Below the pieces are notes generated by a model. That model made no database searches and was not told the DNA's origin. It saw only the letters and a program-made list of their open reading frames with translations. Shown one piece after another: positions 28,461 through 36,880 of a stretch of 47,533 bases of DNA. Position 1 is the first letter of the stretch; every line of letters begins with the position of its first letter. This stretch comes from an uncultured Clostridium sp. (GTDB lineage: Bacteria > Bacillota_I > Bacilli_A > RF39 > UBA660), in assembly GCA_964475905.1 (NCBI GenBank), contig CAYYXX010000002.1, positions 1 to 47,533 of the forward strand. Reading direction: 5' to 3'. The position numbers were made by a program, and so were the translations under genes.

Positions 28461-29381
28461 ATGATGAAGAAAAAGGTTAGAATTGGAATACCTAGAGCTT
28501 TTTGGTATTATCGTTATTATATTTTGTGGAAGACTTTTTTTGAGGGGATTGGTTGCACACTTGTTGTTAGTTCTAATACTAATAGGGAAATTGTTGAAAA
28601 TGGTAAAATGTTGTCTGTTGATGAGGCTTGTCTTCCTTCTAAAATTTATTTGGGTCATGTTAAGGAACTTTCTTCTAAATGTGATTATATTCTTGTACCT
28701 AGAGTATGTAATTATGGTAAGGGGAATAGGGTATGTATGAAGTTTAATGGGTTATATGATGTTGTTAATAATTTGTTTGAAGATAGAATTCTTAATTATG
28801 ATATTGATTATTTGAAGGGGAAGTTTGAGGTATTTGGTTTTATTAGAATGGGATTTAAGTTAAGAGTTAATATTTTTAGGGTTTTGTATTATTATGTTAA
28901 GGGTAAGATTAAGGAAAGGAGGTATTATTTATCTCTTTGTAATAAGCAGGATAAGATTTTTAGATCTGATAGGGTAAAGGTTCTTATTGTAGCACATCCT
29001 TATGTTGTTTATGATGAGTATTTGAGTGGGAATATTATTCGTTATTTTAGGGATAATGATATTGATGTTTTGTATTCTGATAGGTTAGATAGAAAGATCT
29101 CTATTGATTATGCTTATGATTTTTCTAATACTTTATATTTTATTTATTCTAAGGAGAGTATTGGTAGTGCTTTTTATTATAAAGATAATGTTGATGGTAT
29201 TATTTTCTTATCTTCTTTTCCATGTGGGCCTGATTCTTTGGTTAATGAACTTGCTATTAGGAAACTAGAGGGGGTGCCCTCTATTAACATTACTGTTGAT
29301 GAGAGTACTGCTGATAGTGGACTTATGACTAGATTAGAGAGTTTTACTGATATTATAAGGGCTAGGCGAGATCATGGATAG
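28461..29381 (+). CDS. Acyl-CoA dehydratase activase-related protein (DUF2229-type), subunit 1
   Basis: RIGIPRAFWYYRYYILWKTFFEGIGC..., DEACLPSKIYLGH, FPCGPDS. AGGAGG lies upstream. Confidence 0.7.
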   Translation: MMKKKVRIGIPRAFWYYRYYILWKTFFEGIGCTLVVSSNTNREIVENGKMLSVDEACLPSKIYLGHVKELSSKCDYILVPRVCNYGKGNRVCMKFNGLYDVVNNLFEDRILNYDIDYLKGKFEVFGFIRMGFKLRVNIFRVLYYYVKGKIKERRYYLSLCNKQDKIFRSDRVKVLIVAHPYVVYDEYLSGNIIRYFRDNDIDVLYSDRLDRKISIDYAYDFSNTLYFIYSKESIGSAFYYKDNVDGIIFLSSFPCGPDSLVNELAIRKLEGVPSINITVDESTADSGLMTRLESFTDIIRARRDHG

Positions 29382-30441
29382 GGTTATTTCTTTTCCACAT
29401 TTGGGATATTATTATATTGTGTTTGATTATTTTCTTAGAATGGTTACTAAATGTAGGGTTGTTGTGCCTCCTGCTACTACTAAAAGGACAATTGAGCTTG
29501 GTAGTAAGTATGCTCCTAATTCTGTTTGTGTTCCTTTTAAGTATAATCTTGGTAATTATATTGAGGCGATAGAGTGTGGTGCTAATACTTTAATTCAGGG
29601 TGGTGGTGGTTGTAGATATGGTTATTATGGTGAACTTGAAGAGAAGATTTTAAGAGATTTGGGTTATGATTTTGAGTTTTATAATTTAATTAGTGATAAT
29701 CATATTTCTTTGAAGAAGGGGTATGCTTTTTGTAAAAAGATGAATAGTAAAACTAATATTTTTAAGTGTTTTTATTATTTAGTTAATAGTCTTATTATGG
29801 TTATTTGTATTGATAAAATTGAAAGATTTATTAGGCTTAATATGGGGTTTGAGGTTGTGAATGGTTCTTTTACTAAGTTGGAAGATGAGTATTTTGATAG
29901 TTTTAGGGATAATGGTATTATTAGAAATATTTATAATTATTTTAAGTATAAGAAGAAATTTAAGGGTATTTCTATTTGTAAGCCTGATAATCCGCTTAGG
30001 GTTGCGATTCTTGGGGAACTTTATTCTTTGATTGATGCTAATACTACTTATAATAGTGAAAGAAAGATTATGAAAATGGGTGTGGAAGTACATAGGGATA
30101 CGGATCTTACTTATTTACTTATTACTAAGAGATTTAAACTTGGGCATATGATTAAGAAGGGAAAGAAGTATATTAAATATCATTTGGGAGCGGATGCTAG
30201 TGGTAGTGTTGTTTTGAGTTATTTACATATTATAAATGGTATTGATGGTATTCTTCATTTTAAGAGTTTTGGTTGTACTCCTGAGATATCTGCGATTAGT
30301 ATTATGCAGAAATTTAGTGAGGAGTATGAGATTCCTGTTATTTATATGAGCTTTGATGCTGAGGATAATGAGGTTGGTGTTGATACTAGGTTGGAGGCTT
30401 TTTATGATATGATTAAGATGAAGAAAGGTAGAGAAAGCTAA
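29374..30441 (+). CDS. Acyl-CoA dehydratase activase-related protein (DUF2229-type), subunit 2
   Basis: NSVCVPFKYNLGNYIEA, GGGGCRYGYYG, FGCTPE. It overlaps the upstream stop by 8 nt. Confidence 0.7.
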   Translation: MDRVISFPHLGYYYIVFDYFLRMVTKCRVVVPPATTKRTIELGSKYAPNSVCVPFKYNLGNYIEAIECGANTLIQGGGGCRYGYYGELEEKILRDLGYDFEFYNLISDNHISLKKGYAFCKKMNSKTNIFKCFYYLVNSLIMVICIDKIERFIRLNMGFEVVNGSFTKLEDEYFDSFRDNGIIRNIYNYFKYKKKFKGISICKPDNPLRVAILGELYSLIDANTTYNSERKIMKMGVEVHRDTDLTYLLITKRFKLGHMIKKGKKYIKYHLGADASGSVVLSYLHIINGIDGILHFKSFGCTPEISAISIMQKFSEEYEIPVIYMSFDAEDNEVGVDTRLEAFYDMIKMKKGRES

Positions 30442-30460
30442 TGTATGGGCTTTCTTTTTT
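30432..30460 (+). terminator. Rho-independent terminator after the DUF2229 pair
   Basis: Stem AGAAAGC / GCTTTCT with a 10-nt loop, followed by a T run. Confidence 0.55.
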
Positions 30461-30557
30461 GGTTTGGTATTTATAGGGATTAAAAAATAATTTATTTTTA
30501 ATATAAAATTGTTTGTATCTTAATTAAAATGTGTTATAATGGATATGTATTAGATGG

Positions 30558-31232
30558 GTGATTAATTTGAGTGAATTAGTTTTTCTTTTGCTTATTATAT
30601 TATGTGTTTTTTTTATATTTATTGGGCATAGATACTTTAGTAAGAAAGAGTTTTATTTGCTTGGTATTATTTATACTATTATTTCTTTTTTGATGTCTTT
30701 TAAATTAATTAGTGTTTTTGGTATGAGTATTAATGCTGGTATTATTTTTACTAGTGGTATTTATATGCTTATTTATTATTTTATTAAGAAGTATGATATT
30801 AAGGAATATAAGAGGTTTATTTTAGTTATTGTTATTACTAGTTTGGTATTTGATATGTTTCTTTTGTCTACTTCGTATATGATTCCTTCTATATATGATG
30901 AGATGGCTAGTTTATATCAGGGATTAGTGTTTGATAATTTGATTATTTTTATTTTGTTTCCTGTGGTTACTTGTGTTATTGCTTATTTACTAGGTTATTC
31001 TTTTAGTAATTTGATGGGAGAAGAGAAGAGAAATCTTAAGTTAATTATTGCTATTATTGGTATTATGTTTATTGATTGTTTTTTGTTTATTTATTTTAGT
31101 TATGCTGTGCTTATTAGGTTTGATAATGCTATTGTTATTGCAATAGAAAATTATTTTGTTAAGTCTATTATTATGGTTTTATATATGTTTTTAGTTAATA
31201 GGATAATTGGTGTTAAGAAGGTGAAGGTATGA
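30558..31232 (+). CDS. Polytopic membrane protein, divergent VUT/YhhQ-like (DUF165) paralog
   Basis: 224 aa. The C-terminal pattern ...IAIIGIMFIDCFLFIYFSYA...ENYFVKSIIMVLYMFLVNRI resembles the VUT family. The start is either GTG 30558 or TTG 30567 (GGGTGA upstream). Confidence 0.5.
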   Translation: MINLSELVFLLLIILCVFFIFIGHRYFSKKEFYLLGIIYTIISFLMSFKLISVFGMSINAGIIFTSGIYMLIYYFIKKYDIKEYKRFILVIVITSLVFDMFLLSTSYMIPSIYDEMASLYQGLVFDNLIIFILFPVVTCVIAYLLGYSFSNLMGEEKRNLKLIIAIIGIMFIDCFLFIYFSYAVLIRFDNAIVIAIENYFVKSIIMVLYMFLVNRIIGVKKVKV

Positions 31233-31900
31233 ATCTTGTTTATATGTTTTTAGAAATTATTTTTACTTTCTTTTTATTGTTTATGTTTTATAAGATATGG
31301 AAGAAAGATGGACTTTATTTATATTTATCTTTATTGAGTGCTATTCTTAGTGTTGTTATTTTTGAGGTTATTGATTTGTTTTCTTTTCAAATTAATCTTG
31401 GTATACCTATTGTTATGGGAATTTTTATTGTTAATAATATTATTATTCAAAGATTTGGGATTGATGAGGTAAGGAGAATTATGTTGACTACTGGTATTTC
31501 TTATGTTATGCCTAGTGTTATTCTTTCTTTACTTACTTTGTGTAGTGATAGTGGATATACACTTATTAGTAATGCTCTTTTTAATGGGTTATTTGGATAT
31601 AATGTTTTTGATATTAGGACTTTTATTGGGGGATTTTCGATTGTTTTTATGTTATGGGTTAATAGTTATTTTTATTATTATATTAGAAGAAGTAAGAATG
31701 TTTTATGGGTTAGTAATGTTGTTAGTAGTCTTATTATTCAAATGCTTGAGAGTATTATCTTTGTTGTTATTGCTTATTTGGGTGATTATTCTTTTCCATT
31801 AATTTTTGGTATGATTGTTATTAGGTATTTGTGTAAGATTATTATTAGTTTGATGGGAATTATTCCTATATATATGATTGTTAAGATGAGAGATAGGTAG
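31229..31900 (+). CDS. VUT family (YhhQ/DUF165) vitamin or queuosine-precursor transporter-like protein
   Basis: ...WVNSYFYYYIRRSKNVLWVSNVVSSLIIQMLESIIFVVIAYLG...RYLCKIIISLMGIIPIYMIV parallels the E. coli YhhQ C-terminal half. It overlaps the upstream stop by 4 nt. Confidence 0.65.
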   Translation: MNLVYMFLEIIFTFFLLFMFYKIWKKDGLYLYLSLLSAILSVVIFEVIDLFSFQINLGIPIVMGIFIVNNIIIQRFGIDEVRRIMLTTGISYVMPSVILSLLTLCSDSGYTLISNALFNGLFGYNVFDIRTFIGGFSIVFMLWVNSYFYYYIRRSKNVLWVSNVVSSLIIQMLESIIFVVIAYLGDYSFPLIFGMIVIRYLCKIIISLMGIIPIYMIVKMRDR

Positions 31901-31907
31901 GTGTGTT

Positions 31908-32573
31908 ATGAGAACAAGAAAGCAGGAACTTATTAGTGATGAACTTAAGCCTTTTGTTTGTAATATTATGAGAGAATATAGGGAGAAGTATAATTATTCT
32001 TTGGAGGATTTGGCTAGGGCTCTTAGTTATAAGAAGAATAGGCAGACTTTGCATAAGTATGAGACTGGTACTCTTAATATTCCTTATGAGATATTTTTTG
32101 ATATTGCTAATGTTTTTAATATTAATTCTGATGTATTTAAGGAGATACCTATGACTAGTGAGGAGAGAGAATTATTTGAGAAGAAAATGATTCGTAGTTA
32201 TGTTAATACAATGACTGGGAACAATAATATTACTTCTAGAGGTGAGAAGATTGTTAATAGTTATAAGAATGCTAGTTATGAACCTGTTAGTAAGATGTGT
32301 GATTTATCTATTAAATTACTTGATGATTCTATGGCTCCTTTTTATTTGAAAGGGGATAGGGTGTTTTTTAAGAAAATGAGTAGTTATGCTACTGGGGATG
32401 ATATTGTTATTGCTGTTAAGGGGAATGTTTTAGCTGTTCGAAGATTATATAAGAGTGGTAAAAATATTATTCTTCAGGCGATGAATTCTAAATATCAAAC
32501 GATTGTTGTTAATGTTTTTTCTGATGAAATGATTTTGGGTAAAGTTACAACTTTGAGTAGAGAAATAAAATAG
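31908..32573 (+). CDS. XRE-type HTH / S24 (LexA/CI-like) peptidase-domain repressor
   Basis: N-terminal HTH YSLEDLARALSYKKNRQTLHKYETG. C-terminal LLDDSMAPFYLKGDRVFF...GNVLAVRRLYKSGKNIILQAMN aligns with LexA ...RGDSM...ATVKRFYKEKDHIRLQPEN. Confidence 0.8.
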   Translation: MRTRKQELISDELKPFVCNIMREYREKYNYSLEDLARALSYKKNRQTLHKYETGTLNIPYEIFFDIANVFNINSDVFKEIPMTSEERELFEKKMIRSYVNTMTGNNNITSRGEKIVNSYKNASYEPVSKMCDLSIKLLDDSMAPFYLKGDRVFFKKMSSYATGDDIVIAVKGNVLAVRRLYKSGKNIILQAMNSKYQTIVVNVFSDEMILGKVTTLSREIK

Positions 32574-32583
32574 TTATATATTA

Positions 32584-32613
32584 AAAAGGACTTCAATTGA
32601 ATGAAGTCCTTTT
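32584..32613. terminator. Bidirectional terminator (repressor gene / hup)
   Basis: Perfect 12-bp stem AAAAGGACTTCA / TGAAGTCCTTTT with a 6-nt loop. Confidence 0.75.
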
Positions 32614-32621
32614 AGCTACTA

Positions 32622-32894
32622 CTAGTTTAAAGTGCTTTTTAATTTGTTTCCAGCTTTAAATCCTGGTACTGTTCTAGCAGCGATTTCTACTGCTTCTCCA
32701 GTTTGTGGGTTTCTTCCAGTTCTAGCTTCTCTTCTTTTTGCAGTGAAAGTTCCGAAACCTACTAATGTTACTTTTCCAGTTTCTTTTAAGCCTTTTGTAA
32801 TTCCTTCTACCATAGCGTCTAATGCCCTTCCAGCATCAGCTTTTGTTAAATCTGCTTTTTCAGCAATGAAATCTACTAATTCAGTTTTTGTCAT
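32622..32894 (-). CDS. hup: DNA-binding protein HU
   Basis: MTKTELVDFIAEKADLTKADAGRALDAMVEGI...GFGTFTAKRREARTGRNPQTGE.... The start is Met6, preceded by GGAGGTAAT. Confidence 0.95.
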   Translation of the reverse strand: MTKTELVDFIAEKADLTKADAGRALDAMVEGITKGLKETGKVTLVGFGTFTAKRREARTGRNPQTGEAVEIAARTVPGFKAGNKLKSTLN

Positions 32895-33051
32895 TTTTAT
32901 TACCTCCATCTTTTAGTTAAGCAATATATTATGCTTACTACATAAAGATATCATAATATCTTAATAAAATCAAGTATTTTAAGGAAATATTTGAGTTATT
33001 TTTTTGAAAATATGGGGTTGTATAACTTTTTTATTAATGTTTATAATATTA

Positions 33052-33080
33052 TTGTAACTTTTTTTTTATTGTGGTATAAT
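33052..33080 (+). promoter_or_regulatory. Sigma-A promoter of the AI-2E transporter gene
   Basis: TTGTAA, 17-nt spacer, TATAAT, with an extended -10 TGg. Confidence 0.45.
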
Positions 33081-33110
33081 AAGGCTGTTTTTGAAAGGGA
33101 GATGGTTTTT

Positions 33111-34253
33111 ATGAAAGATAAGACTAGAAAAGATATTATTTTGATTATTACTTATATTGCTATTACTATTTTTGCTTTGGTTAATTTTGATTTTATTGTT
33201 TCTTTTCTTGGTAAAATTATTAGTGTGTTTACACCATTTTTACTTGGTATTATTTTAGCTTTTGTTCTTAATGTTTTAATTAATTTTATTGAGAATAGAA
33301 TATTTGGTAAGATTAAGCCTAGTAAGATATGGAATAAGATTAGGAGACCTTTATGTATTTCTCTTAGTTTGATTTTGGTTGTTTTGACCATTTATTTTAT
33401 TATGAATTTACTTATTCCACAACTTAAGAATTCTGCTGCTTTATTTACTGAATCTTTACCTCTTTATAAGGAAGATATTATTAGTGTTTTGAATAGGTTT
33501 GATGTTGAAGAGGATACTATTGTGAAAGTTAGTGATTATTTAGATAATTTTGGTAAGATTGTTACGGATTATATTAAGGGTAATTCTAAGGATGTTATTA
33601 CTGTTACTACTGAAGTTGCTACTACCGCTATTGGTATTATTAGTAAGGGTGTTATTGCTTTGGTTTTTGCTATTTATATGATTGCCCAGAAAGAGACTCT
33701 TATTAGGCAGATTAATAAGGTTATGAGGGCTTATTTGAAGCCTAAGACTATTGATAAGATTGTAACGATTGGTACTTTAGCTAATAAGACTTTTTCTAAT
33801 TTTGTTACTGGTCAGTGTTTGGAAGCTTTGATTTTTGGTTGCCTTGTTTTTGTTGGTATGCTTATATTTGGTTTTCCTTATGCTTCTACTATTGGGGTAT
33901 TACTTGGTTTTACTGCTTTGATTCCGATATTTGGAGCATTTATTGGGGTTGCTATTGGTTTTATTCTTATTTTGATGGTTAGTCCTATTAAGGCTGTTTT
34001 GTTTGTGATATTTATTGTTATACTTCAACAAGTAGAGGGAAATTTGATTTATCCTAAGGTTGTTGGGAAGAGTATTGGTCTTCCTGGTATTTGGGTACTT
34101 CTTTCTGTTACTGTTGGTGGTAGTACTTTTGGTATTTTAGGTATGCTTATTGCTACACCTTTATGTTCTTTATTTTATGCTTTATTTACTAAAGCTGTTA
34201 ATGATAAACTTAGAAATAATAGGATTGTTACTGGTGTAAAGGAAAAGGCTTAA
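33111..34253 (+). CDS. AI-2E family transporter (PerM/UPF0118)
   Basis: Multi-TM protein with ...LQQVEGNLIYPKVVGKSIGLPGIWVLLS.... The start is taken at Met41 (ATG 33111) after AAGGGAG. The upstream track extension is promoter sequence. Confidence 0.85.
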   Translation: MKDKTRKDIILIITYIAITIFALVNFDFIVSFLGKIISVFTPFLLGIILAFVLNVLINFIENRIFGKIKPSKIWNKIRRPLCISLSLILVVLTIYFIMNLLIPQLKNSAALFTESLPLYKEDIISVLNRFDVEEDTIVKVSDYLDNFGKIVTDYIKGNSKDVITVTTEVATTAIGIISKGVIALVFAIYMIAQKETLIRQINKVMRAYLKPKTIDKIVTIGTLANKTFSNFVTGQCLEALIFGCLVFVGMLIFGFPYASTIGVLLGFTALIPIFGAFIGVAIGFILILMVSPIKAVLFVIFIVILQQVEGNLIYPKVVGKSIGLPGIWVLLSVTVGGSTFGILGMLIATPLCSLFYALFTKAVNDKLRNNRIVTGVKEKA

Positions 34254-34274
34254 TCTTTTTGATTAAGTCTTTTT
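34249..34274. terminator. Bidirectional terminator (AI-2E gene / spoIVA)
   Basis: Stem CTTAATC / GATTAAG with a T5 loop and a T-rich tail. Confidence 0.5.
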
Positions 34275-35742
34275 ATAGTACTATGGCTATCATATTTGAT
34301 GAGCCTTTATTTATTATTTTAGTTAGTGTTTGACATAGTTTGTATCTTACATTGTCTGGCATCATTGATAGTTTGGCTTGGATTCCCTCTTGTACTATGA
34401 CATCTAGGCTACGACCGAATATTTCGCTTTTCCATATATCTTTTGTTTCTTTGTTTTCAGTTAAATAGTTTATTAGTTCTTTACTTTGTAGTTCACTTCC
34501 TATAATTGGTTCAAAAGTGCTTTCGACATCTACTTTGATCATATGGATTGATGATGCTTTGGCTTTTAATTTTATTCCATAGCGTGAGCCTTGTTTTATT
34601 ATTTCTGGTTTGTCTAAATTCATATCATCTAGTGTTGGAGAAGCAATACCATAACCTGTTTGTTTTACCATTTTTAGGGCTGATTTTATTTGGTTGTATT
34701 CGCGTCTTGCTATGTTTAGTTCTTGAAATAGTGATAGTAGTTCGGCTTTGGATGTTACGGATATGCCTATAATATCATTTAATACTTTGCTGTATAATCC
34801 TTGTGGAGCTTCTAGGTTTATAGTTACTTCTCCTGTACTTGGATCTACATTTGATATATAGGCTTTGGATATGTAATCTGATTCTGTAAAGTTATTGTTT
34901 ATTTTATCTATGTCTCGTAGTTTGTTTACTTCAGTTACTGTTTCTTTGATAATACGGATGTATTCTTTTTTTAGATAATGTTCTGGAGATAGTATGGCTA
35001 TCCATTCGGGCATGTTTACTTTTATTTGTTCTATGGGAAATTCGTATAGGGCTTGTTTTAAGATGTTGTACATATCTCTTTCTTGCATGGCTTCTATACT
35101 TACATTTATTACTGGTACTTTATATTCTTCTTTTAGAGCGTCTGTTAGTTGTTCTGTTTCTGGTAGCATTGGGTGCATACTATTTAATAATACGATGTAT
35201 GGTTTTCCGACAGAGTTTAGTTCTTCTATTACGGTTTTTTCTGCTTCTATGTATTCACTTCTTGGTATTTCTCCTATTGATCCATCTGTAGTTACTACTA
35301 TTCCTATGGTTGAGTGTTCTTTTATTACTTTTTCTGTTCCTATTTCTGCAGCTTCGGTAAATGGTATGGGTTCGCTATACCATGGTGTCATTACTAGTCT
35401 TGGTCCGTTTTCATCTTCATATCCTTTAGCGGATTTTACTACATATCCGACGCAGTCGATCATTTTTATGTTTGTACTGAAATCTTCTATTTTTATTTTT
35501 GCTACGGACATAGGTACGAATTTTGGTTCAGTTGTCATGATGGTTTTACCTGCTGCAGCTTGTGGTAGTTCATCCAAGCATCTTTTTCTTTCATATTCAT
35601 CTTCTATGTTTGGTATTACTATGCTTTCCATGAATTTTCTTATGAATGTGGATTTTCCTGTTCTTACGGCTCCTACTACTCCTAAGTAGATATCTCCTCC
35701 TGTTCTTTTTGTTATATTTTTTATAACTTCTATTTTTTCCAT
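34273..35742 (-). CDS. spoIVA: Stage IV sporulation protein A (spore coat morphogenetic ATPase)
   Basis: 489 aa. N-terminus ...RTGGDIYLGVVGAVRTGKSTFIRKFME... (Walker A). Length and overall pattern match SpoIVA. Confidence 0.92.
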   Translation of the reverse strand: MEKIEVIKNITKRTGGDIYLGVVGAVRTGKSTFIRKFMESIVIPNIEDEYERKRCLDELPQAAAGKTIMTTEPKFVPMSVAKIKIEDFSTNIKMIDCVGYVVKSAKGYEDENGPRLVMTPWYSEPIPFTEAAEIGTEKVIKEHSTIGIVVTTDGSIGEIPRSEYIEAEKTVIEELNSVGKPYIVLLNSMHPMLPETEQLTDALKEEYKVPVINVSIEAMQERDMYNILKQALYEFPIEQIKVNMPEWIAILSPEHYLKKEYIRIIKETVTEVNKLRDIDKINNNFTESDYISKAYISNVDPSTGEVTINLEAPQGLYSKVLNDIIGISVTSKAELLSLFQELNIARREYNQIKSALKMVKQTGYGIASPTLDDMNLDKPEIIKQGSRYGIKLKAKASSIHMIKVDVESTFEPIIGSELQSKELINYLTENKETKDIWKSEIFGRSLDVIVQEGIQAKLSMMPDNVRYKLCQTLTKIINKGSSNMIAIVL

Positions 35743-35771
35743 TTGTATACCTCTTTTCTTTTTATCACTAA

Positions 35772-35799
35772 ACTATATGTTATTTATTTTGGAATATGT
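35772..35799 (-). promoter_or_regulatory. Sigma-E-like sporulation promoter upstream of spoIVA
   Basis: On the - strand: ACATATT, 13 nt, CATATAGT, to be compared with the Bacillus sigma-E consensus (ATATT ... CATACAnT). It lies about 30 nt upstream of ATG 35742, with the SD AAGAGG between them. Confidence 0.4.
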
Positions 35800-35821
35800 A
35801 AAAAAGAAAAGATTTTATTTA
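35785..35821. repeat. Direct repeat copy R1 flanking the fic cassette
   Basis: AATATGTAAAAAAGAAAAGATTTTATTTA (35793-35821) is identical to 37015-37043. The match extends to 37 nt (35785 / 37007) with one mismatch. Confidence 0.85.
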
Positions 35822-35827
35822 GTTTAA

Positions 35828-36880
35828 TTAATTATTCCATTTATATTTTGTATATCTTCCACCAGAGATTTTAACAATTTTATCTTCTTTAAGTAATTTA
35901 TTTAAAGTTCTTTCAATTGTAGTTTCACTTAAATCAGGACATTTATTTATTATAAATGCTTTATCTATTGGAATAATATTATTTTTAAATATATCTATAA
36001 TTCTATCATAAGCAGTTATTTTTTTGTTTTCAACAATATTTATTCTAGAATCAAATTCCTTATAAGCATTTAATATTATTCCTAAATAATATTCTACAAA
36101 ATATGAATAATCATTTTCGTTATTATGCCAATTTAGAGAACTTTTTTCTAATGCACTATAATAACTTTCTTTTGTTTCTTCTATAATTTTTTCAATACTA
36201 ATATATTTTCCTACCATATAATTTGCTTTATATAGTAATAGTAAAGTAAGTAATCTACTCATTCTACCATTACCATCATTAAATGGGTGTATAGATACAA
36301 AATCCAATATAAATATAGGAATTAAGACTAGTAAATCACATGATTCATTATTAACTAATTCATTATAATTTTTACATAATTCTTCAATTGAAATAGGTGT
36401 TTCAACAGGAGATAGTGGTGTAAATCTTATTTTCTTTTCTCCTTTTTCATTTTCTTCTTCAATATAGTTTTGAGAATTTTTAAATTTACCACCATAACTA
36501 TAACCAGTATATTTATATAAATCTCTGTGTAATTGTAAGATTGTATTTTGGTTAATATCAATAAAATTATAATTTTCGTGTATTAAAGTTAATACATCTC
36601 TATAACCAGCAATTTCTTCCTCATTTCTGTTTTTAGGTTCTAATTTTTGATTTACTATTTCATTAATTCTTTTATCAGTAGTATAAATACCTTCAATTTT
36701 ATTTGATGAAGATGTACTTTGAATTTTAGCAACTTTTAATAAAGTTTCTAATGTGTCTTTTTTAGTATCTAATAAATATGATTGTTTTCCTTTATATTCA
36801 TGAATTTTACTTATCAAGTTAATAATATTACTATTAGATATAATACTACGATATTCTTCCATTAAATTAAACTTTTTCAA
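35828..36880 (-). CDS. fic: Fic family protein (AMPylase-type; Fic_N + Fic core + C-terminal winged-helix)
   Basis: Canonical active site HPFNDGNGRMSR (HxFx[D/E]GNGRxxR). N-terminal inhibitory motif SNKIEG ([S/T]xxxE[G/N]). TTG start 10 nt after AGGAGA; the first in-frame ATG is codon 7. Confidence 0.92.
   Translation of the reverse strand: MKKFNLMEEYRSIISNSNIINLISKIHEYKGKQSYLLDTKKDTLETLLKVAKIQSTSSSNKIEGIYTTDKRINEIVNQKLEPKNRNEEEIAGYRDVLTLIHENYNFIDINQNTILQLHRDLYKYTGYSYGGKFKNSQNYIEEENEKGEKKIRFTPLSPVETPISIEELCKNYNELVNNESCDLLVLIPIFILDFVSIHPFNDGNGRMSRLLTLLLLYKANYMVGKYISIEKIIEETKESYYSALEKSSLNWHNNENDYSYFVEYYLGIILNAYKEFDSRINIVENKKITAYDRIIDIFKNNIIPIDKAFIINKCPDLSETTIERTLNKLLKEDKIVKISGGRYTKYKWNN

Noticed and set aside
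28461-30441. Reading the two DUF2229-type genes as a true 2-hydroxyacyl-CoA dehydratase (HgdAB-like).
   Set aside because: The sequence signatures match my memory of the activase-related (DUF2229) family rather than the HgdA/HgdB subunits. No activator ATPase or CoA-transferase genes are adjacent. The function is left open.
30461-30557. Possible preQ1 (queuosine precursor) riboswitch upstream of the VUT/YhhQ-like transporter genes.
   Set aside because: I could not find the short hairpin plus A-rich tail ending in CUA that is typical of preQ1-I, nor any convincing conserved structure. I see only a TTGTAT-16-TATAAT promoter. An Rfam scan would settle it.
34994-35689. 231-codon + strand ORF antisense to spoIVA. 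Similar long antisense ORFs occur at 20397-21080 (in prfA), 2026-2520 (in ybaK-like), 9718-10209 (in yycJ), 15825-16211 (in ftsH) and 45882-46208 (in gatB).
   Set aside because: They lie entirely inside well-supported conserved genes on the other strand. Their products are low-complexity (S/L/F/I-rich or N/I/R-rich). They are an expected by-product of the extreme strand and codon bias, which depletes stop codons in antisense frames.
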